A DNA stretch of 64,000 bases. Source: Coriobacteriia bacterium (GTDB lineage: Bacteria > Actinomycetota > Coriobacteriia > Anaerosomatales > PALSA-660). Each line of letters starts with the position of its first letter. Position 1 is the stretch's first letter. The translations under genes and the position numbers were made by a program. This document shows positions 24,981-37,082 of the stretch, one piece after another. The stretch is taken from contig JAUSBS010000017.1 in NCBI GenBank assembly GCA_030651905.1, forward strand, positions 2,932-66,931, read 5' to 3'. The notes beneath the pieces were generated by a model that did not search any database, was not told the DNA's origin, and was given only the letters and a program-made list of their open reading frames with translations.

Positions 24981-27900
24981 TCACCGCACCACGAGGTAGC
25001 GGGGCGGCGACTCATCGCGCTTGTAGCCGGCGTGACTGTGTACCGCGACCACGCACCACCGCCCCTTCAGCGACAGCTTCACGTAGCCGGCGTACTTCGA
25101 TCTGTTCCGCGCGCGGTTCCGGGCGATCTTGAGCGACACCGTCTTGCGCAGGACCCAGTCCCCGTCCTCCAGGTGGTAGCAGCGAAGCCTCACCGGATAG
25201 CTGCCAGCCGTGTGGCGCGGGCTCAGGTATCCGTAGACGACCGCGCGGCTGTTGCGTCGCACCACGTAGCGGGTCAGCGGGCGACCGACCGACGTGCCGC
25301 TTGGGGGAAGTGGTCTGACCGTGATGGTGACGGTTGCGGGGTTCGAGTCCGACACGCCGTCGTTGGCCGCATACGTGAACGTGTCGAGTCCGCTGAAGTC
25401 CTCGTCGGGCGTGTAGGTGTAGGAGCCGTCGGGGGACATGACGACAGAGCCGTGCAAGGGATGCGTGAGCAGACGCGCGCTGGGCGTGTCGCCTTCGGTG
25501 TCCGCGTCGTTGGCCAACACGCCGGGTGCGACCACGCTCAGGCTGCCGTTCTCGATCACACTTTCCGTGTCCTCGACAGCGACCGGTGCGTCGTTGACGG
25601 GCGTGACGGTGATGGTGACGGTGGCGACGTTCGAGTCCAGCGACGCGTCGTAGGCGACGTAGGAGAACGCGTCCTCACCGCTCCAGTCGGCGTCAGGCAT
25701 GTAGGTGTAGGAGCCGTCGGCCGACAGCGCGAGATCGCCGTGCGCGACGTCCGTGATCAGCCGCGCGCCCAGCGTGTCTCCTTCGACGTCGGTGTCGTTG
25801 GCCAGCACGCCACGGGCCGCAACGGTGAGCAGCGTGTCCTCGGGAGTGGTCGCCGTGTCATCGACGGCGACCGGAGCGTCGTTGACGGCCGTCACGGTGA
25901 TGGTGACTGTCGCGACGTTCGAGAAGACCCACCCGTCGTCTACGCGGTAGGTGAAGGAGTCCGGGCCGCTGTAGTGCGCGTTGGGCGTGTAGGTCGCCTC
26001 GCCGGAGTCAAGATCGAGTTGCAGCGTGCCGTTCCTCGGGCTGGTGCGAAGCATGACCTGGAGCACGTCGCCGTCGACATCGGAGTCGTTGATGAGCACG
26101 TTGAAGTGGCCGACACCCTCCTCGACCACGGTGAACGACTCGCCTGTGGCCACCGGTGCGTCGTTGAGCGGGGTGATGGTGATCGTCACCGTCGCGACCG
26201 CGGACTCCGTGGTGCCGTCGCTGGCCTTGTAGGTGAAGGTGTCCGTGCCGTTGAAGTCGGCTGCGGGTGTGTAGGTGGCATCCCCGCTCGGCGCGAGCGC
26301 GACGCTCCCGTGTGTCGGTCCGCGCACGAGCGCGACGGTGAGCGGATCGCCCTCGACGTCCGAATCGTTGGCCAGCAAGTTCAGTCGCGCGAAGGTGTCC
26401 TCGGCGCACGTCGTGGCGTCGTTGGACGCCACGGGCGCATCGTTGACCGGGGTGACGGTGATGGTGACGGTCGTGACGTTCGAGAGTGCGGAGCCATCGT
26501 AGAGGCGATATGTGAAGTGGTCCTCGCCGCTGAAGTCCGCATGCGGCGTGTAGCTGAACGAGCCGTCGACAGCCAGCATCTCGTGTCCACCGTGCGCGCT
26601 GCTCATCAGCCACGACTGCAGTGTGTGCCCGAGATCGTTTGCCAGCACGCCGGGCGCGGAAACCACGAGCACGCCGTCCTCTGCCATCGTGTAGCTCTCG
26701 GGCACGGCCACCGGCGGGACGTATTCGAACGCGCCCATGTCGTCGAGCGCGGAGCCGTTGGAGTCGCCGTCGACCGGGCGCGCGGTGCCGTCGAAGTCGA
26801 AGGCCGGCGCCACGGTCGAGGTCGCGGCATCGATGGCCGGCGAGCCCGACTTGAGGCGGTAGTCCCCGGTCATCTGGGATACGAACAGCGGGTCTGCCGA
26901 GATGTTGCCGAGCCCGCCGCTGCCGGTGTCGACGTCCGAGTACGTGACGTTGCAGCCGACCATGCCGCCGTTGGTCTGGAAGCCGTTGTCCCACAGGATG
27001 CTGTTGGTGACCGTCGCGTTCCCGTTGACGGCATTGATGCCGCTGGCCCCGTCCGCAAGGTTGTCCGCGACGGTGCAGTTCGTGAAGGTAGCGGTGGAAG
27101 TAGCGGTGAGTGCGGCTCCGCCCGGGCCGCCGCTCTCATTGCCCGCGAGCACGCAGTTCACGAACGTGGGTGTCGACGACGCGCAGTACGACCCCCCGCC
27201 GCCCTCGGCCGACGTATTGCCGGTGAAGGAGCATCCATCGAAGGTCGGCACAGCCTCGGTCACGTAGATCCCGCCGCCCTTGACCTCCACCGCATCCAGG
27301 TCGGGCCACGTGGCAGAGTTGCCGTCGAACGTACTGGACCGGAAGACCGACGAGAGGCCGCGAACGTAGACGCCGCCGCCCGCGCCAGCCGTGTTGCCCG
27401 CGATGGTGCACGTGCTGACCGCTGCGTCCGCCTCGACGAGACTGAGTCCGCCCCCGACCATCGACGAGTTGCCTCGCATCGTGACGTGCTCGAGGAGTGC
27501 GGTCCCGTCCGCGGCAGCTACCCCTCCCCCCATGAACACAGAGGTGTTCGTCGCCACGATGCTGCCCGAGATCTCCAGGTCCGTTGCGTTCGCGCCGATA
27601 CCGCCGCCGTGGAAGTCGGACGAGTTGCGCGTGACACTCCCGCCGGTCACGGTCATATGTGAGCCCCAGGCCTCCACCCCGCCGCCACTGAAGGCGTGGT
27701 TGTCTCTCACGGTGCAGTCCGAAAGGGCCATGGTGGCGTCATTCGATGCCACGCCGCCCCCGGCGCCACCGAGCACGGCCGAGTTTGAGGAGATCACGAC
27801 CGACGAGGCCTGCACCGTGGACGTCGTGGCGTAGAGTCCGCCGCCGGAGAGCTGCACGGTGTTCGAGTCCAGCACGCCGTCCGTGAGCGAGAGGTCCGAC

Positions 27901-30119
27901 GCCTCCGCGGAGACGCCTCCGCCGAAGTAGACCGCGGAGTTCCCGGACGCGCTGCTCCGGACCATCGTCACGCGGGATTCGCGTGCACTCAGTCCACCGC
28001 CACTCCCGACGGCGTCGTTTCCGAGCAGAAGACAGTCCGAAAGCGTGACGGTCGCCCCGTATGACGACATGCCGCCGCCGTCGCCGATCGAGGTGACGCA
28101 GTTCGAGGAGATCACGCTCGATCCGATGCGCACGTTCGAATACGACACGCTGACGCCCCCGCCGGACATCGCCGCAGTGTTCGAGGTCACCGTGCTGCCA
28201 TCGAGCGAGAACTCCGACCCTGACACCAAGATCCCTGCGCCTCCGAGGGCGACGGTGTTCCCGGACACGGTCACGCCACGCGCAGCAAGGCGGGAGTCAA
28301 GGACAAGCACGCCTCCGCCGAGCCAACCCTGGTTGCCATTCACCCGGGAGTCCGTGAGCGTGACAGTCGCAACCCTCGAGTAGAGACCCCCGCCTCCGGA
28401 GAGTCCGCCCGTGTTGGAGGAGATGGTGCTCGCGGATACATCGACCGTCGATGTCGCTGCGTATACGCCGCCGCACCCGAACTGCCCCGCGTTCGAGGCC
28501 ACGGTACTGCCCGCGACCATCAACTCGGACATCTGTACGTGGATGCCCCCGGTCCCGAGCATGGCCGAGTTGCCCTCGACGGTGCTCGCCGTCAGGGACA
28601 CCCTGGACGACCTCGCCATGATCCCTCCTGAGTAGGCGAAGGCGTAGTTGCCCAGGACCGCGCAGCCGTCGAGCGTCGCGGTCGTCTCATTGAGGTTGAG
28701 CCCACCGCCTCCGCCCAGCCCCGCCGTGTTCGAGCAGATCACGCTCGATGTCGCGCGAACGGTCGAGGTGGTCACGTCCAGACCGCCACCTGTACCGAGA
28801 GTCACGGCATTGGAGGCGATGACGCTGCCCGAGATGGTGAGGTCGGAGAGTGACGCGTGGAGCCCACCGCCTGAGAAGTAGCTTGAGTTCCCGGCGATCC
28901 TGCCGCCGTTCATGGCGACGATGGACTCCGCTATCTTCATCCCTCCGCCGGCGATGAAAGCGCCGTTAGCTTGGAAGTTGCAGTCGTCAAGCGTCATCGT
29001 CGACGCCTGTGCGGCCAGACCCCCTCCCTCGCCGAACCCCAGGACCGAGTTCGACGAGACGACGCTCGCGGACGCGAGCAGGGTGGAATCAGTCACGCTC
29101 AGACCGCCACCGTTGGCGAACTTCGCGGTGTTGGACGCCACGGTGCTTCCCGAGATCGTCAGACTCGACGACGTCGCGCGGATGCCTCCGCCCGAGAAGA
29201 ACGCCCCGTTCTCGACGACCGAGCAGTCGGTCAGCGACACCACCGACACTGTCGCCTCGATGCCGCCGCCGCCGCCGAACCCCGTGTTCCGCTCGATCGT
29301 CGTGCGGGTGAGCGCAAGACTCGCCCCGTCGACAAGGATCCCGCCGGCTCCCATGGAGACACTGTCCCGCACCGCGGAATCCGCGACCACGGCTGAGCCA
29401 CCGATGATGGTGAGCCCTGATCCGAAGTACGCGAAGTTGCCCGCCAACAGGCAGTCAGCGAGGGTCATGTCGCTCACCAACGCGAAGATACCGCCTCCGG
29501 CGCCTCCCTTCGCATTGTTGGACAGTGCTGTACAGCTCTGGAATGTCGCGGTCGATGTCGCCAGGTACGCTCCGCCACCCGAGCCGGTCGTCTCGTTCGA
29601 ACCGAACCAGCACAGCGTGAGTGCCACAGTCGCTTCCCTGGCGGACATCCCGCCGCCTCCCGCGGTCGCCGTGCACTCTTCCACGGCGACGCCCACGAGC
29701 GTGAGCGCCGAGTTCGCGCAGTCGATGCCGCCGCCGTACTCGGAGAGACCTCCACGCAGATCGACGTCCCGCAGCGTCGCGGACGTGAGACCGTAGGCTC
29801 TCACGACACTGCGCGTCCCCGTGCCGATCACGTGGGTTATGCCCGCGCCCGCGCCCCGCACGATGATCCCCTCGCGCAGATCGAGATCCTCGGTGTAGAC
29901 GCCGCCGTCAACTTGGACCGTGTCACCGATCGCGGCGTGTGCCAGTCCCGCGCCGATGGTCGCGAACGGGAGGGACCCCGATCCGTCGCCGGTGACGTCA
30001 TCGCCGAAGGTGGCTGACACGTAGATGTTGGCCGCGAACGCGACCGGCGCCCACGCGAGGACCAAGACCGTCGTGAGCACGAGCACCAGCACTGCCGCTG
30101 CGGACCGGCGTGGACGCAT
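24981..30119 (-). CDS. giant secreted surface protein (1712 aa): signal peptide, PMP-like parallel beta-helix repeats, five tandem roughly 95-aa Ig/cadherin-like repeats, small basic C-terminal domain
   Basis: ATG 30119 is preceded by GGAGGTG. MRPRRSAAAVLVLVLTTVLVLAWAPVAFA is a signal peptide. About 1000 aa follow with recurring GGG[GA][ILVM] and FxxN-like motifs. Five repeats then end in ATVTITVTPVNDAPVA. I see no LPXTG plus TM anchor. Confidence 0.85.
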   Translation of the reverse strand: MRPRRSAAAVLVLVLTTVLVLAWAPVAFAANIYVSATFGDDVTGDGSGSLPFATIGAGLAHAAIGDTVQVDGGVYTEDLDLREGIIVRGAGAGITHVIGTGTRSVVRAYGLTSATLRDVDLRGGLSEYGGGIDCANSALTLVGVAVEECTATAGGGGMSAREATVALTLCWFGSNETTGSGGGAYLATSTATFQSCTALSNNAKGGAGGGIFALVSDMTLADCLLAGNFAYFGSGLTIIGGSAVVADSAVRDSVSMGAGGILVDGASLALTRTTIERNTGFGGGGGIEATVSVVSLTDCSVVENGAFFSGGGIRATSSSLTISGSTVASNTAKFANGGGLSVTDSTLLASASVVSSNSVLGFGEGGGLAAQASTMTLDDCNFQANGAFIAGGGMKIAESIVAMNGGRIAGNSSYFSGGGLHASLSDLTISGSVIASNAVTLGTGGGLDVTTSTVRATSSVICSNTAGLGGGGGLNLNETTATLDGCAVLGNYAFAYSGGIMARSSRVSLTASTVEGNSAMLGTGGIHVQMSELMVAGSTVASNAGQFGCGGVYAATSTVDVSASTISSNTGGLSGGGGLYSRVATVTLTDSRVNGNQGWLGGGVLVLDSRLAARGVTVSGNTVALGGAGILVSGSEFSLDGSTVTSNTAAMSGGGVSVSYSNVRIGSSVISSNCVTSIGDGGGMSSYGATVTLSDCLLLGNDAVGSGGGLSARESRVTMVRSSASGNSAVYFGGGVSAEASDLSLTDGVLDSNTVQLSGGGLYATTSTVQASSVVISSNSAVLGGAGGGVASNDATMALSDCTVRDNHAFSGGGVEAWGSHMTVTGGSVTRNSSDFHGGGIGANATDLEISGSIVATNTSVFMGGGVAAADGTALLEHVTMRGNSSMVGGGLSLVEADAAVSTCTIAGNTAGAGGGVYVRGLSSVFRSSTFDGNSATWPDLDAVEVKGGGIYVTEAVPTFDGCSFTGNTSAEGGGGSYCASSTPTFVNCVLAGNESGGPGGAALTATSTATFTNCTVADNLADGASGINAVNGNATVTNSILWDNGFQTNGGMVGCNVTYSDVDTGSGGLGNISADPLFVSQMTGDYRLKSGSPAIDAATSTVAPAFDFDGTARPVDGDSNGSALDDMGAFEYVPPVAVPESYTMAEDGVLVVSAPGVLANDLGHTLQSWLMSSAHGGHEMLAVDGSFSYTPHADFSGEDHFTYRLYDGSALSNVTTVTITVTPVNDAPVASNDATTCAEDTFARLNLLANDSDVEGDPLTVALVRGPTHGSVALAPSGDATYTPAADFNGTDTFTYKASDGTTESAVATVTITITPLNDAPVATGESFTVVEEGVGHFNVLINDSDVDGDVLQVMLRTSPRNGTLQLDLDSGEATYTPNAHYSGPDSFTYRVDDGWVFSNVATVTITVTAVNDAPVAVDDTATTPEDTLLTVAARGVLANDTDVEGDTLGARLITDVAHGDLALSADGSYTYMPDADWSGEDAFSYVAYDASLDSNVATVTITVTPVNDAPVAVEDTESVIENGSLSVVAPGVLANDADTEGDTPSARLLTHPLHGSVVMSPDGSYTYTPDEDFSGLDTFTYAANDGVSDSNPATVTITVRPLPPSGTSVGRPLTRYVVRRNSRAVVYGYLSPRHTAGSYPVRLRCYHLEDGDWVLRKTVSLKIARNRARNRSKYAGYVKLSLKGRWCVVAVHSHAGYKRDESPPRYLVVR
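25310..26720 (-). repeat. five tandem roughly 290-bp coding repeats inside the giant gene
   Basis: The recurrent DNA motif gtgatggtga(c/t)(g/c)gt occurs near 25321, 25611, 25897, 26181 and 26461. Each copy encodes YTPxxxFxGxDxFTYxxxDGxxxSNxATVTITVxPVNDAPVA. Confidence 0.8.
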
Positions 30120-30265
30120 CGCTTCCCCCACCTCCGACGCCGCGACCGCGGCGTCACCCCCGAGACACACACGCGATACCGCGGAGTCTACGCCCGCGTG
30201 GGGCAAACTGGAATCACTCTCGAGGATGGCTCTTGGCGTTGCGGCGGTGCGCGGCGCCAAGTCCA

Positions 30266-30312
30266 GGACGCACGAAGGCCCCGCGTCGCCGCGGGGCCTT
30301 CGGATGCTATCG
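30266..30312 (-). terminator. terminator-like hairpin, copy B of the 47/48-nt direct repeat
   Basis: GAAGGCCCCGCG-GCGA-CGCGGGGCCTTC (30274-30301) has a perfect 12-bp stem and a GNRA loop. It lies 14 nt after the ahcY stop and about 150 nt upstream of the giant gene's start. Confidence 0.6.
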
Positions 30313-30326
30313 GGTGTGTCGAGGTG

Positions 30327-32521
<2,195 letters not shown>

Positions 32522-33910
32522 GCCGTCCTCCTGCTCCGAGACGCTCGGCCGCGAAGCCGAGGCCTATCACGAGCCACAAGTACTTGCTCGGCTCAAGACT
32601 GTACGTGAACGCCTGCGCCCCCAGTGCGAATCCGGCGGCGAGAGTTCCCCTCGCCAAGGCCGAGACGCGAGGATCGTCCGCCGAGAGTGCGGATCGGGCG
32701 GCGCCGAACCAGCGCAGCGCAAGGAACGCAGCAGCAGCGAACCCGAGGAAGCCGATCTCGACGAGGAGCGTCGTGTACATCGTGTGCGACTCGGTCAGGC
32801 TCACCCGGACACGTGGGTCGGCGTAGTCCGGGTAGACGACCTTGAAGTCCCCGATACCTACTCCCATCGGGTGGTCCACCCACGCCCGAAGCGCGCTCTG
32901 CGCCATCCACACACGCGTCATGGCCGACTCGTCACTCCCGATGTCGAGGACGCGCTGACGGAACACCGGGTTGCCCGCGAGCGCGGCCGTCAGGACAGCG
33001 CCGACCACCACGGCCCCGGCCACGGCCAGCATCTTGCGTTTGAAGGGAACGCGCGCGAGCAGCAGCAGGACTGCGGCACCGACAGCGACCCCGAGGAACG
33101 CCCCCCGAGACTGCGTGCACGCGATGCCGGCGAGCGTGAGCGTGATGCCCGCGATCGCGAGGAGTCGGGAACGGGCAGCGGGCAGCGTCGGAACCGCCGA
33201 GATCCCCAGCAGCGCGGCTGGCGCAAGGAACGAGCCGAGGATGTTGGGGTCCTTGAACGTCACCCTGGAGCGAACACCCGAGCCGACCAGCACGATCGCG
33301 GGTTGGAGCGCGAACAGCTTGAAGTACTCGAGCAGCGCGGCGACACCGAAGATGGCGCTGACCGCCAGGACGCCCCAAACGATCGCGGGCACCTTCTCCG
33401 GCCGATCGACAAGGTAGAGGACGAGGTACGCCAGGACCAGGCTGGAGAGCATGCTGGCGAACGCGGTCAGCGCGAGGCCGATGTCGTGTGCCATCACGAG
33501 CGAAAGCGCGAGCGTCGCGACGAAGGCGGCGGCGGGCAGATCCAGCCGGCTCCTGGAGAGTGCGATCCTCCCGGTCCGGATCGCGACGACCGTCAACACC
33601 GCCACTACGGCGACCAGCGCCTGGTACACGGTGAGACGGACCGGACCGATGACGGCGAGCCGCCCGGTGATGTCCGCGGTAGCGGCGGCGATCAGCGCGA
33701 CTATCGCGAGCGCGGAGCGCTTCACGCGGGGGTCACACCGCAGTCATGGGGAGGGATCGACGTGTCCACCTGTGATGCGCCTCCCGGTGTCTCGGAACTC
33801 GAGCGCCGCCCATGGTAGCAGACCACACGGGCGGTCGCCCTTGCATGCGCCGTTCCGGTTCGGCAACACACTGAGGACCCTTCCGCTGGCGCTGCGGTAC
33901 CCTTACAGAC

Positions 33911-35476
33911 ATGGACGAACCGGACGAGTCATCTGCAGAACCGATCGCTGACGACGAGACAGCGAGCGACCAGACGTCCCTGCTGCGGCGGGCACTGAAG
34001 TCTGCGGGCGGTGACGCCGCACGCTACCTGCCGGTCCGCTTCATCCCCGCCCTCACATCGCTCGTCACGGTCCCGCTCTTCACGCGCCTCATCGACAAGG
34101 GCGACTACGGCGACTACTTCCTGATGAGTTCTGTGATCACCTTGATGTCGAGCCTCGCGGTCGCGTGGCTCGGAACATCGGCCGTCCGGTTCTTCTGGCC
34201 GAGCAAGAAGGAGGGACGCGCCGATGAGTTCACCGCCACGACGCTGTGGCTGACCGTCGGATGCCTGGTCGGCGCGGCGGCCCTCGTGGGCGGGGTCATC
34301 TGGTTCGGGCGCGGGTACTGGCCCGCCGGGGTGGTCCGCCTCGCTCCGATCGCGCTCGCCTGCTTCCTTGCGAACTACCTGTACACGACCCTGCTACAGA
34401 TGCTGCGTGCGGCCAACCGCGCGGGCGAGTACGCCCGACTCTCGATGACCTACACGGGTCTCAGTACCGCGTTCTCGATCCTCTTCGTGTGGTTGTTCAA
34501 GACGGGATCATGGGGGATCTTCGCCGGTATCGCCGCGGGAAGCATCGCGATCATCCCGTTCGTGCTGCGCGGAGTGGCGGCCGGGGGATCACTCTCACCG
34601 AGGCACGTCGATCGGTCGATGGCGCGCGAGCTGCTCCATTACGGCCTCCCGCTCGTGCCTGTGGGCGTCTCGAGCTGGGTCCTCGTTCTGCTCGACCGAT
34701 TCGTGATCGGCTGGGCGCGCGGCGCCGCCGAAGTGGGCGTCTACTCGGTGGCGTATGGGCTCGGCCAGCGGATCATGGAGCTTGTCACGCTCCCCTTGCT
34801 GCTGACGATGGCCCCCATGGTGATCCGGGCGTTCGAGCAGGACGGACAGGACCTGGCGGAGCGTCTGCAGACCCAGTTCACCAGGTACTTCGCTATCGTG
34901 ACCCTTCCGCTACTAGCCGGTCTCGCTTCCGCGAGCAGGCCCTTCATGGCGGTCTTCACCGGGCCGGCATACCGTGAGGCCTATGCGGTGCTGCCGGTCG
35001 TGGCCGCGGGAGTGATGCTCTCGGCCCTGGCGCAGATCGCGAGCCAAGGCCTCAGCTTGCACAAGAAGACGACCTCCATACTCGCGAACACACTCGTCGC
35101 GGCCGCATTCAACGTCGTTGCGAACATCGTGCTGGTGCCCATCTACGGCTACCAAGCCGCGGCATGGACGACCGCGGCATCCTACGCGCTGCGGTTGGCC
35201 CTGATGTGGCACTCCTCGCGAGAGGTCATGCACTGGCGGCTGCCGTGGGATGGTCTGGCTCGGATCAGCGTGGCGTCCGTCGGTATGGCCGTGATCCTCT
35301 GGGGCGTCTTTCTGAAAGTGACGCCCTCACTGGCCACGCTCCTGCTCGAGGTGGCGATCGGCGTTGCCGTGTACGCCGGACTCCTCGCGGCGCTGAAGGG
35401 CGTGCGCAGGGACGAGCTGGCGTTCGTGAAGGGGCTGGCGGCGCGAGGGATCGCTCGCGTGCGCGGACGAAGCTGA
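33911..35476 (+). CDS. polysaccharide flippase (Wzx / MOP superfamily)
   Basis: 521 aa, with about 12-14 TM segments. Contains RYLPVRFIPALTSLVTVPLFTRLIDKGDYGDYFLM, typical of polysaccharide-biosynthesis flippases. Confidence 0.8.
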   Translation: MDEPDESSAEPIADDETASDQTSLLRRALKSAGGDAARYLPVRFIPALTSLVTVPLFTRLIDKGDYGDYFLMSSVITLMSSLAVAWLGTSAVRFFWPSKKEGRADEFTATTLWLTVGCLVGAAALVGGVIWFGRGYWPAGVVRLAPIALACFLANYLYTTLLQMLRAANRAGEYARLSMTYTGLSTAFSILFVWLFKTGSWGIFAGIAAGSIAIIPFVLRGVAAGGSLSPRHVDRSMARELLHYGLPLVPVGVSSWVLVLLDRFVIGWARGAAEVGVYSVAYGLGQRIMELVTLPLLLTMAPMVIRAFEQDGQDLAERLQTQFTRYFAIVTLPLLAGLASASRPFMAVFTGPAYREAYAVLPVVAAGVMLSALAQIASQGLSLHKKTTSILANTLVAAAFNVVANIVLVPIYGYQAAAWTTAASYALRLALMWHSSREVMHWRLPWDGLARISVASVGMAVILWGVFLKVTPSLATLLLEVAIGVAVYAGLLAALKGVRRDELAFVKGLAARGIARVRGRS

Positions 35477-35490
35477 CCGTCCGACTCGCT

Positions 35491-36945
35491 CTAGGGCCGC
35501 GACGCAGACGCGGGGGTGCGCCAGTCCTTGCCTACGATCACGAGGACGTCCGTGTTGAACTTGTACAATCCCGCAGCCGGCACGACATCGCCGTAGCCCA
35601 ACTCGTCCTGGACGACGCCGGCTTTCGCGTCGGTGCCCGTCTTGAAGACCACCAGCGTCCTGCTGTAGACGAACTGGTTCATGTTGCCCGATTCCTTGAC
35701 CAGGAACCCCGCCTTCACGAACAGGTCGGACGCGGTCTTGGCCAGCCCCGACACGCCCGCCCCGTTACGCACGGTCAGCGTGATCGTGCCCGGCTTGATC
35801 GCCGCTGGCGATGCGGTCGAGGTGCTCGACTTCGAGCCGGACGCCGGCTTGGAAGGATTGAGTGGCTCGCCGCGCTGCATCCGGCCGAGCATCTTCTCGA
35901 ACGCCGGCTCATCGATGATGACGTAGGCTATCCCGTCGATGAAGCCGTTCTTCGAGGGCACCGTGGCACTGTCCAGATCCGCGTCCTTCATGCCCTTGAA
36001 CTGGGCCGCGAGTTCGGCAAGCTGCCCGACAGTGAGGTCGGTGCTGATGTTGTCGCTCACCGCCGCGATGATCTTCGGCGCGTTGACCACCGCCGAGAGT
36101 GAGAGCCCCTGCTTGACCAGTGCCTTGATGAAGAGTTGTTGGTTCTTCACTCGACTGAAGTCGCCGTCGGCGAACGAGTGCCTCGCCCGCACGAACGTGA
36201 GCGCATGTACACCATCGAGCTTCTGATAGCCCTTCTTGATGACGCGTGTTGCAGCACCGTACTTGGTGTGAGTGGTGTTCTCGTCGATGTCTTGCGGTAT
36301 GTCGATCCACACGCCGCCCATCGTATCGACGACGCGGCGCAGGCCTGAGAAGCCGACAGTCAGGTAGTGCGCTATGGGCAGCCCGGTGAGATCCTTCACC
36401 GTCTTGATGGTCAATGCCGGCCCGCCCCACGCGGATGCCGCGTTGATCTTCTGAGGCGCGCTGTAGCCGGGGATCTTCACCCTCGAGTCACGCGGGATCG
36501 AGATGAGCTGGATCTTCTTGAGCTTCGGATCCACGCGGGCAAGGATGAGCGTGTCCGAACGTGCCTGGGTCTCACCAGGGCGGCGATCGTCGCCCATGAG
36601 CAGCATGTAGAACGGCTCGCCGGGGGCCTTGGGCGCGTCCCCGCTGAGTTGCCCGGCGAGAGCGGAGTCCGCGGCGACCACACGGTTGATCTTGGTGTCC
36701 AGGCCGCGGACGTATGACCACACGGCGAAGGCACTCGCCGTCATCAGCATAAGCAGTGTGACGAGGATCGTGACCGTGAGTCGCCGGCGGCGCTTCCGCG
36801 TGATGCGCGGGTCGACCATACGTCCGGCCTCGCGACGACGTCGCACGGCCTCCCGAGACGTCTCGGAGGACGTGCTCGCGGGGTTCACCCGCCGTATCGG
36901 CTCGGGGCTGCGGCGACGCGGCGCCGGTCTCTCGTGTCGTCCCAT
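35491..36945 (-). CDS. LytR-CpsA-Psr (LCP) family glycopolymer ligase with LytR_C-like C-terminal domain
   Basis: It has a basic N-terminal tail and one TM helix. The LCP core is FYMLLMGDDRRPGETQARSDTLILARVDP...LISIPRDS. The C-terminal segment TLTVRNGAGVSGLA is LytR_C-like. Confidence 0.88.
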   Translation of the reverse strand: MGRHERPAPRRRSPEPIRRVNPASTSSETSREAVRRRREAGRMVDPRITRKRRRRLTVTILVTLLMLMTASAFAVWSYVRGLDTKINRVVAADSALAGQLSGDAPKAPGEPFYMLLMGDDRRPGETQARSDTLILARVDPKLKKIQLISIPRDSRVKIPGYSAPQKINAASAWGGPALTIKTVKDLTGLPIAHYLTVGFSGLRRVVDTMGGVWIDIPQDIDENTTHTKYGAATRVIKKGYQKLDGVHALTFVRARHSFADGDFSRVKNQQLFIKALVKQGLSLSAVVNAPKIIAAVSDNISTDLTVGQLAELAAQFKGMKDADLDSATVPSKNGFIDGIAYVIIDEPAFEKMLGRMQRGEPLNPSKPASGSKSSTSTASPAAIKPGTITLTVRNGAGVSGLAKTASDLFVKAGFLVKESGNMNQFVYSRTLVVFKTGTDAKAGVVQDELGYGDVVPAAGLYKFNTDVLVIVGKDWRTPASASRP

Positions 36946-37082
36946 GATCTCGTTTCAGCTCTTCGGTGAGCGGTCAGGCACAACGTGCCGCCTTGACCGA
37001 CGCTCAGTATAGCGCGCCTTGGTGATGCCGGATGTCAGTGGCGAAGTTCGTTACCGTGGTGGAAACTGGCGCTCGTCGGGCG

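Noticed and set aside
23088-27662. 1524-aa plus-strand ORF, the longest after the adhesin
   Set aside because: It runs antisense across the AEC permease, mtnA and half of the adhesin, all of which have strong motif support. Its product is an R/G/D/H/V-rich string with no motifs. This is what the stop-poor antisense frames of GC-rich repeats produce.
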